From Candidatus Cloacimonadales bacterium (lineage in GTDB: Bacteria; Cloacimonadota; Cloacimonadia; Cloacimonadales; DAONDQ01), in contig OY759316.1 of NCBI GenBank assembly GCA_963662275.1, forward strand, positions 320,001 through 384,000: DNA of 64,000 bases, in the 5' to 3' direction. The notes under the pieces were generated by a model that had not been told where the DNA came from, searched no databases, and worked only from the letters and a program-made list of their open reading frames with translations. Positions 20,509-28,900 of this stretch are shown here, piece after piece. Within the stretch, counting starts at the first letter, position 1. Each line of letters begins with the position of its first letter. The translations under genes and the position numbers were made by a program.

Positions 20509-22638
20509 TTATTTGATACCCAGTTGGTCGATAATAAACGCATACTGGTAGGCAATTTCTCTTGTAAAACCATACCTGCCAGAAGCACCGAGATGTCCTT
20601 CCATACTCATATGCAGAAGTTGAGTGTTGTTATCCGTTTTCAAGGCTCGAAGTTTAGCTGTCCATTTGAGACATTCCCAATAGTTGACCCGTGGATCATT
20701 CAAACCTTCGGCAATGAATAAAATAGGATATTTCTGACGTTTGACATTCTGGTAAGGGCAATAAGATAAAATGTAATCAGCATATGTCGGAACATTGGGA
20801 TTTCCCCATTCCTCATATTCAGGAACAACCCCATATAAGTTTGGGTCGAACATAGTATTTAAAACATCAACAAAGGGAACTTCTGCCACAGCGATTTTGA
20901 AGAGTTCAGATTTCATATTGATTACTGCTCCGATGAGAAGACCACCAGCGCTGCCACCATCAATGACCATCTTATTCCTATTTGTGTATAATCGGTCTTC
21001 CAGATATTTAGCACAAGTATTGAAATCTGTGAATGTATTCTTCTTGTTTAGCATACGTCCGGCATCATGCCATTTCTGTCCGAACTCTCCACCACCCCGC
21101 ACATGGGCATATGCATAAACAAATCCTCTATTTAATAAGGATAAGCGGTAAGATGAGAAATATGGGTCACTCGTATCACCATAAGAGCCATAAGCTTCCA
21201 GGTAACATGGGTTGTTGCCATTATTCGTAAATAAGTCTTTGCGATAAAGGATCGAGATTGGAATCTTACAACCATCTCTTGCTCTTGCATAGACTACAGT
21301 TGAAACATACTTTGCAGGCAGATAATCCTTACCTGCCTTGTCTTGTTTCAGCAAAGTGAATTCATGTGTTTTCATATGATAATCATAAACTGTGGAAGGA
21401 GTTGTAAAGGAAGAATAATAAAGACGCAGTATTTCGGTACTGAAGGTTGGTGCGTAACCAATCGAAATGGAATAGTTCTGCTCAGGGAAGGAAATATAAT
21501 GGTCTGAATGATCATCCAGGGATCGAATCAAAATGCGTTGCACACCATTTACTCTCTCATCAGCCACGAGATAATTCTGAAAAGTCTGTACACCTGAAAT
21601 CACGATAGAATCGGATGGTGTAAGTTCCACTACCAATGAATCCTGTTCCTGATGATTCCATTTCTTACTCAGAAGTTTATAGTTAATTGCGTTATTCTCA
21701 TTAGTTAAGACATAAACATCATCATTATGAAAATATAAGTAATATTGTGTATCTGCCATTCTTTTTTTGAAGAGGGTGAAGCTTTCTTCCGGATGATCAG
21801 CGGAGAGATAATAACATTCACTAGTCGTGTGGCTTGAGGTGACTAAAACCACCTGCTTATCATCTTCACTCCTGCTAATGCCAATATTGAAGGCTTTATC
21901 CGGTTCTGTGTAAAGCAATGGGTCTTGTGCTGTATCTCCTAACGAATGACGATAAACTTTATCAGTACTTTCATTTTCAATATTCAGGAGAGTATAAAAG
22001 AAAGTTCTATTGTCATTTGCCCAGGCAAGTCCATCAATGGGATAGATTGAATCAGCTAAATATCGCCCTGTTTCCAGATCTTTAATGAATAATTTGTAGG
22101 TTTCATTTCCCTTTAAATCTACAGAAAAGGCAAGATAACGTCTATTCGGACTATATTCGAAAGTTCCTATCTGGTAGAATTCATGTCCCAACGCAAGCTT
22201 ATTTACGTCGAGTATGATTTCCTCATGTGCATTCATACTGCCTTTTTTTCTACAGTAAAGAGGATATTGTTTCCCTTTTCTATCTCGAGAATAATAATAA
22301 TAACCGTCCTTGAGATAAGGAACAGTCCTGTCTTCCTGGACAATTCGCTTGTTCATTTCCCTGAATAATGTCTTCTGAAGAGGTTTAGTATGTTGCATAT
22401 AGGCATCTGTATAAGCATTTTCCTGTTCGATATAAGCAAGTACCTGCGGATTCTTTATATCCGGGTCCTTCATCCAATGATAATTATCGATGATTGTCTT
22501 ACCATTGATGATAGTTTTTTCGGGAATAATAGGAGCTACAGGTGGTTTGAGTGACTTCACCGGAACAGGTTTAGCAGTGAGATTGATGGTTAGTAATGAC
22601 AGCACCACGCTGATCATCATGAGCTTATATAATTGCAT
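20509..22638 (-). CDS. ptrB: Oligopeptidase B (S9A family) with signal peptide
   Basis: DNYHWM, YGSYG, HVRGGGE, GGSAGG nucleophile, EYEEWGNP, DPRV, GH. Confidence 0.9.
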   Translation of the reverse strand: MQLYKLMMISVVLSLLTINLTAKPVPVKSLKPPVAPIIPEKTIINGKTIIDNYHWMKDPDIKNPQVLAYIEQENAYTDAYMQHTKPLQKTLFREMNKRIVQEDRTVPYLKDGYYYYSRDRKGKQYPLYCRKKGSMNAHEEIILDVNKLALGHEFYQIGTFEYSPNRRYLAFSVDLKGNETYKLFIKDLETGRYLADSIYPIDGLAWANDNRTFFYTLLNIENESTDKVYRHSLGDTAQDPLLYTEPDKAFNIGISRSEDDKQVVLVTSSHTTSECYYLSADHPEESFTLFKKRMADTQYYLYFHNDDVYVLTNENNAINYKLLSKKWNHQEQDSLVVELTPSDSIVISGVQTFQNYLVADERVNGVQRILIRSLDDHSDHYISFPEQNYSISIGYAPTFSTEILRLYYSSFTTPSTVYDYHMKTHEFTLLKQDKAGKDYLPAKYVSTVVYARARDGCKIPISILYRKDLFTNNGNNPCYLEAYGSYGDTSDPYFSSYRLSLLNRGFVYAYAHVRGGGEFGQKWHDAGRMLNKKNTFTDFNTCAKYLEDRLYTNRNKMVIDGGSAGGLLIGAVINMKSELFKIAVAEVPFVDVLNTMFDPNLYGVVPEYEEWGNPNVPTYADYILSYCPYQNVKRQKYPILFIAEGLNDPRVNYWECLKWTAKLRALKTDNNTQLLHMSMEGHLGASGRYGFTREIAYQYAFIIDQLGIK

Positions 22639-22650
22639 TTGGTTTTCTTC

Positions 22651-25600
22651 CTAATAGGTGAATAAGTCTTTTAATTGGTTTGTATCCATAGTTTTCAGTA
22701 GAGTTTGGCTTTCTTCAATAATCGCTTCAAAAAGCTCTCTCTTATTTTGTTGTAAAATCTGTATCTTCTCTTCCACGGAACCACGTGTAATGAGTTTGTA
22801 TACTTGGACTTTTTTAGATTGTCCTATGCGGTGTGCACGGTCTATTGCCTGGTTCTCGGTTTGTGGATTCCACCAAGGGTCAACAAGAATAACAGTATCT
22901 GCTGCCGTTAGATTTAAACCGAATCCACCTGCTTTGAGGCTTATCAGGAAAACTCTGACATTGTTGTTATTATTGAAATTCTCCACGTGATGTTGTCTAT
23001 TCTTTGTATCGCCGTCAAGATATTCAAAATTGATCTTACTCTTCACGAACAGCTCACGAATAATCTTCAACATCGTTACAAACTGGCTGAAGATCAGGAT
23101 TTTTTTACCGCTTCCAAGCGCATCTTCCACTAATTCCATGAGAAGTTCTGTCTTTCCCGATAACTCAGAATCATGCTTGAGATTTGGTTCAACCAGGGCA
23201 GGATGATCGGTAATTTGGCGTAATCGTGTCAAAGCAGTCAGGATATGGATGTAATTCAATGGTGGAGAAGGTATTTCTGTGGTTACAGAAGGTACTGTGA
23301 AAAGACTGCGCCGCACTTCATCCAGTATTTGCAGATACATCTTTTCCTGGAGAATAGACATCTTTGCATAAACGATCTGTTCTTGTTTATCGGGTAATTC
23401 TAATAAAACTTCTTTTTTCTTTCTTCTGAGAATAAATGGAGAGACCATCATGCTGAGTTGTTCCCGAGCCTTGGCTTTATTGACGACCGGATCAGCATAT
23501 TCTGTTTTGAATTTCTTGAGTGAGGGCAAGTATCCAGGCATTAGGAAGTCGAATATTGACCAGAGTTCTGTTAGATCATTTTCCATAGGCGTACCTGAAA
23601 GAGCGAGCTTATGATCTGCTTTCAATTTTTTTATGGCACGTGTACGCAAAGTGGAAACATTCTTTATATGCTGTACTTCATCGAGGATGATATAACCGAA
23701 TTGTATCTTTTCCAGATCCTTCAGATCATTCTGGATAATGGAATAGGAAGCTATCAGGACATCCACATTCTGGTTTTTAAGAAGTTCCTCCCGCTCGGAC
23801 TTACTACCTTCATAGATGAGGTAATGAATACTGCGATTGAATTTCTCAATTTCCAAAGCCCAATTGAAAAGTAAAGTTTTCGGGCAGATGACCAGGGATA
23901 TCTTCTTTCCCTGTAAACCTGAAAGGATTGATATTGCCTGGATCGTTTTTCCAAGACCCATTTCATCTGCCAGGATTCCTCCTAAACGATAGTGCTCGAG
24001 CATTTTCATCCATAGGAAGCCTGCTTTCTGATAACTGCGCATAATGGGCTGAAGGAACAATGGCACTCGATCCGGTTGTTCAGTTTTACGGTTTAAAATC
24101 GAGTTATACATCTCATCGAAATATGTATCGCCTAATACTTTAATAGCAGGATTGGATTCATTTAGATGATATAGGAAAGGAACATAATAACTATGCAGAC
24201 GATATACTTTTTCCTTAGCTAGTTCACTGCGGGAAAGGATGTTTTCCAATTGGTCGAAATTCTCTCTATTTGAGAAATAAACGATTCTTCCATCTTTTAG
24301 CTTAAGGAATTTCTGTTTGCTTTTAAAGAATTTTTTCAATTCTTCATGCGTAAAGCTGAAATCCTTATATTCATAGGTCACATCGTACGTGAACCAATCT
24401 ATATCTTCTTCCTGCTGTGCCTTGATCTTTGCCTGCAATGGCACTCTGTAGATGAATTCACGACGTAGGTCTTCCGATATTTCAATATCCCAGTTCTCTT
24501 CTGTCAGTTCAAAGATGGCTTTTTTTAAAGCTTCAATATTCTGTTCACCACTGAAAACCAATGCAGATTCCGTTTCTAATCTATGGTACTGTGCTTCAGG
24601 TAGTTGATCCAGGAAGCGTTTCACTTCAAATGGAACTTCCGGTGGAATATAAAACCAGGCATAACGTTCACCAATCTCATAACGGACTAGTTCAGATCCA
24701 TATCGTATGACTGATAATGGAATAGCAGTACTCTCGGGATAAGATAGATCACCATCCATCAGGATATCTTCACCTTCCTTGCGAAGCCTGAAACAGATGC
24801 GTGGTGGTTCATCATAGATTTCAGGAAGGTCGATCTGTTCATCAAAATCCAGGTAACAATGCTGTAAGGCAAGTTGCCTGGAGACAATGGCATAGTAATA
24901 GACAAGGTCTTTTCGCTTGAGTGGATAACCTTGAAGGAATATCTGTTCTGTAACTTCTACTTCAAAAGGCAGATCGACAGAAAATACTTCATTACGAATG
25001 AGCAAATAGGTTGCCTGATGAACGTAATAAGCGGATATTTCTTTATCAATGACCGGCTTTAACAGATAATTATAAGGATCGATCTGCTCAATGCGGAAAT
25101 TAAGGTTTAGGTTTTCTTCACTAAATAAGAGCTTATCCCCTGTTTCCTTGATATAAATCTTAGGTTGCAGACTTGCTAAATGAGGGAAGAATTTTACAAA
25201 ATCATGTTTATAGATCGTGAAGAACTGTCCTTTTCGACTGAAAGAGCATTTGTATTCAAAGAGCAATTTTAGCAGAGCCAGTTCATGATCACTGAAAGCC
25301 AGCATTTGTTCCCGTGCTTGACCAAGCTGGTTGCGATCCTCATCCTTCAATTCCTTATCCGCTATAATGATTGAAATCAGACGAATATCAATTCGGTTAT
25401 ATCCTTCGAAGAAAAAGCGTATTTTATTGGATTCCTGATCATAGATATCAGCAATAAGTATTCTGCTGCTTAGTAGAATCCGCTGCCAGAATTCATTATA
25501 TTTCAGGATTCTTCCCCGATATACCTGTACTGTCTTTTCCTCGAATATTTCCGTTCCGAGATGATTATAAGCAAAATCGATGATAGTTAAATAATGGGCA

Positions 25601-25854
25601 CATGCATCTTCATGAGGATGCAGGGAACAGGAGTGCTCAAGAATGTTTTCATGATTTGGATCATAGAGTATCTTAATTTGAGCTTGATTAAACAGCTTTT
25701 CTGTTGGTGTAACTTGAAAATTGAAAAGATAATTTCCATTTTCATCAAGACTCTTGCGAAATTCAATAAGTGATAGATCTAAAGGAATTACAGTTTTCTT
25801 AAAATACCATGTATTCGAATGTTCATGATATTCTTTTCTGAATAGTCTAGCCAT
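22651..25854 (-). CDS. SWIM-type SNF2/DEXH-box helicase
   Basis: LADEMGLGKT, DEVQ, SGTPMEN, LRRKK, FSQF, GGFGLNL, QAIDRAHRIGQ; N-terminal C..H..CAH. Confidence 0.92.
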   Translation of the reverse strand: MARLFRKEYHEHSNTWYFKKTVIPLDLSLIEFRKSLDENGNYLFNFQVTPTEKLFNQAQIKILYDPNHENILEHSCSLHPHEDACAHYLTIIDFAYNHLGTEIFEEKTVQVYRGRILKYNEFWQRILLSSRILIADIYDQESNKIRFFFEGYNRIDIRLISIIIADKELKDEDRNQLGQAREQMLAFSDHELALLKLLFEYKCSFSRKGQFFTIYKHDFVKFFPHLASLQPKIYIKETGDKLLFSEENLNLNFRIEQIDPYNYLLKPVIDKEISAYYVHQATYLLIRNEVFSVDLPFEVEVTEQIFLQGYPLKRKDLVYYYAIVSRQLALQHCYLDFDEQIDLPEIYDEPPRICFRLRKEGEDILMDGDLSYPESTAIPLSVIRYGSELVRYEIGERYAWFYIPPEVPFEVKRFLDQLPEAQYHRLETESALVFSGEQNIEALKKAIFELTEENWDIEISEDLRREFIYRVPLQAKIKAQQEEDIDWFTYDVTYEYKDFSFTHEELKKFFKSKQKFLKLKDGRIVYFSNRENFDQLENILSRSELAKEKVYRLHSYYVPFLYHLNESNPAIKVLGDTYFDEMYNSILNRKTEQPDRVPLFLQPIMRSYQKAGFLWMKMLEHYRLGGILADEMGLGKTIQAISILSGLQGKKISLVICPKTLLFNWALEIEKFNRSIHYLIYEGSKSEREELLKNQNVDVLIASYSIIQNDLKDLEKIQFGYIILDEVQHIKNVSTLRTRAIKKLKADHKLALSGTPMENDLTELWSIFDFLMPGYLPSLKKFKTEYADPVVNKAKAREQLSMMVSPFILRRKKKEVLLELPDKQEQIVYAKMSILQEKMYLQILDEVRRSLFTVPSVTTEIPSPPLNYIHILTALTRLRQITDHPALVEPNLKHDSELSGKTELLMELVEDALGSGKKILIFSQFVTMLKIIRELFVKSKINFEYLDGDTKNRQHHVENFNNNNNVRVFLISLKAGGFGLNLTAADTVILVDPWWNPQTENQAIDRAHRIGQSKKVQVYKLITRGSVEEKIQILQQNKRELFEAIIEESQTLLKTMDTNQLKDLFTY

Positions 25855-25948
25855 ATCCGTCCTTAGATAATTACATTAAAAAGAAATAAATCGGTTAAGA
25901 TATGTGAGAGTTTGTTATTTTGTAAATCTTTTTATTAAATATTATTTC

Positions 25949-25990
25949 CAGGAAGGAGCTGAGAGCTGGCAGCTAACAGCTCCCTTCCAG
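25949..25990 (-). terminator. Hairpin downstream of the giant secreted protein, with heptamer repeats in its loop
   Basis: GGAAGGAGCTG...CAGCTCCCTTCC stem. Confidence 0.45.
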
Positions 25991-25993
25991 AGT

Positions 25994-28900
25994 TCAATGC
26001 TGTTTTCTTGCAGATATATCATGCTTGATTTGTAATGGATTTTGTGCTTTCAGAGCATGAGCGTTGTTCCTGCCTGATTTGGTATTATTGACGGCAATGA
26101 TCTTATAGAAGTTCTTAAAAATACTTGAAGTATCCAAGTATGAATTCGTCGATACCGTTGTTACATAAGTCCAGAGACTATCAGATGCATACGGATCCGC
26201 TGATTTATAGACATTGTATCCTGTGGCATCGGAAGCTGGATTCCAATCCAGTTGAACACCTGTTGGAACCACGGTCAGGAAAATACTGTCAGGTACGGAG
26301 GGAATGATCGGTGGTGCTAATCCAGGCAGACCTACATCATCCAAAGATAAAAAGTATGCATCCACTGATGAGCAATGGAACGCGAAAGATGCAGTCTGAC
26401 CAGTGTATGGTGATAAATCTACTGAATAACCGGTATAGAGAACCGAATCAATGGTGAGATTTAACAACGGAGTCGCAGTGAAATCGACAGGTGTCTGACC
26501 TGTGGTTGACATGATAACTTGCATGGCTTCAGGATAATCGGCATCCATGCATTTTGCGTAGAATGACAAGATGTCACCATCTTGGATGTCATACCTTGGA
26601 GAAATCAACCAATCATTACAACCTGCAGAGTTCCAATACACACCTGCTGAATTGGTTCCAGAATGCGCTTCACCTGTGTAAATATCCCACGTAAAATCAT
26701 CTGTATCCAAATTATATACAGACCAGCCGGCAGGAACTGCTTCCCAGGTTACAGCATTGATACCTGCATTAGAAACAACCTCTATAGTAAAATCTCCTCC
26801 ATTAGAGGTGACTGATACTAATCCTGTAAATAGACCTTGCTCAATAGGTGTGTATGTAATCTCAATATCAATACTCCCGTTAGCACCTAGTGTTGTGAAA
26901 GTGGCTGGTCCTGAGAGCCCTTCAGAATAAGTAATCGTTCCAGTAGTATATGCTAAATCTGGAATATCTTGGATATTAAAGAAACCTGAAGAGCTGCCTC
27001 CAAGGGGTGTCACAGGCAGTATCATTTGGAATTTTGCAGGTTGAGGTACTCCATTAATCTGAATATCATCAAGACCTACACCAAAGGCACTATAGGATGC
27101 ATCAGTAACGTAGCGCCAACGGATTTGAATGATTCCACTATAAGATTCCAAACCCACAAACTCCTGATGATAAGCAGTTTCAACTGAAGCTGCTGACAGA
27201 GAAGTTAATACTGTCCATGTAGTCCCACCATCTGTTGTGATTTCAACATAAGTAGTATCATGCGCTACAATCTTGCCAGTAGCCATATCATTGTTCTTCC
27301 ACCACCAGCTCATATAGTTTAAATCTCCATTAATTTGAGGTGTTGTCAGAGTCTTAGTACCGGCAGGTGTATACGTAGCTCTTGCACCGTAAGTGCCTTC
27401 ATGTGAACCTGTAGTTCTTGACCATTGATCTGCAACCCAGCCTGCTGGGGGGAATATGGAATCTTCAAATCCCTCAAAATATGGGAAGTCAGTGATTGTA
27501 GGATCATCCATTGTCGTGAACTGCCAAACTGAACAACTATCTGCATTACCGCCAGGATTGTAAGGAATAATCTGCCAGTAGTAATGAGTACTATACGCAA
27601 GGTCACCTATTTCAGGCGTATATGTTGTGACATTGCCCAGGTTTTGTTCAAACAGTAGGTTGGTTGGTGGATTGTTTGTACCCAAGGATATCTTATATCC
27701 TGATGGGGGACCATAGATAAGGTTAGGATGCCAGGCACAAGTAGGCATAAGACTAACATTTGTTGCTAGATCAAGCGGTGAATCAACGAATGCGGAGGGT
27801 GGTGGTGGTGGTGGTGGTGCCTCAACAACGTTGATCGTGTAATCTTCCGTTTCTCCCCAGCTATAAGTTCCGACTGGTAATGTGTTTAGTTCCGTACCAC
27901 TTTCTTTCAGCACAACACGCAGACGTGTATCACCCAAAAGAACATCCCACGGAATTGAGATAAAACCGTTTACTTGCATATGTGTTGAAGAGGTTTGACC
28001 GGATAAAACCTGTTCATCAGGTAGATCGAAGGTTCCATTCTGGTTGAAGTCGATAAAGACTTTTCCCCAGCATGGGTAAAAATTATCTTCACTAATCTGA
28101 TGAATTTGGGTAGGATAACTATGACCCTGCTGTACATGGATTGTAATCGCTGTGTAATCCGTGTATGTATTTTCGGATGCAGCATTAGGTATAGAATCAG
28201 GATGTACTGCCGGATTGGTGACATCAGCCATAAGGAACTGCCCGATATCATCATCGTATATACTCGTCGCATAGGATTCACTATAAACCCAGCCCGTGCC
28301 TGTGGTAAATCTCCAAGTTGAACTGCCTACGGCATCACCATAGGTATTCTTTGCCACAACTTTCCAGAGATACATCGTATTAGCAGTCATCGTTGGAGGT
28401 GTCCAGGTCAGAGGAGTGGTCACGTTGGCATTGGCTGTGCCCGGTAAGGTTTGACCGAAGTACACATCATAAGAGGTTGCTGTCGCAACAGCACCCCAGG
28501 TTACCGAGGCATTTCTGCCAACATTGGCTGCACTATCTGCTGGTGTATGTACAGTAACAACACCGGGAACACCAACTGTGTAGAAACTCCAGACAGGGCA
28601 ACCGGTAGCATGACCGACCAAGTTGTAAGGAACAACTTTCCAGTAGTAATGTCCGTTCAGTGCAAGTCCTGCGGGCATATATTTGTTCACAAGACCGACA
28701 TCAACACTATCCACCATATTTGTAGGAGGATTATTGGTTCCTAAATAGATCAGGTAACCGGTTGGATCAGGACCCGAAGAATCTTTGATCCAGCTAAGGC
28801 TATCTGTAAGAGCAATCGAAGTTGCCCCATTCGTAGGATGAGTTACATAAGCAGGCAGTGGAGCTGTAGGAATCTTTTCGACTCTCACATCATCCACGTA

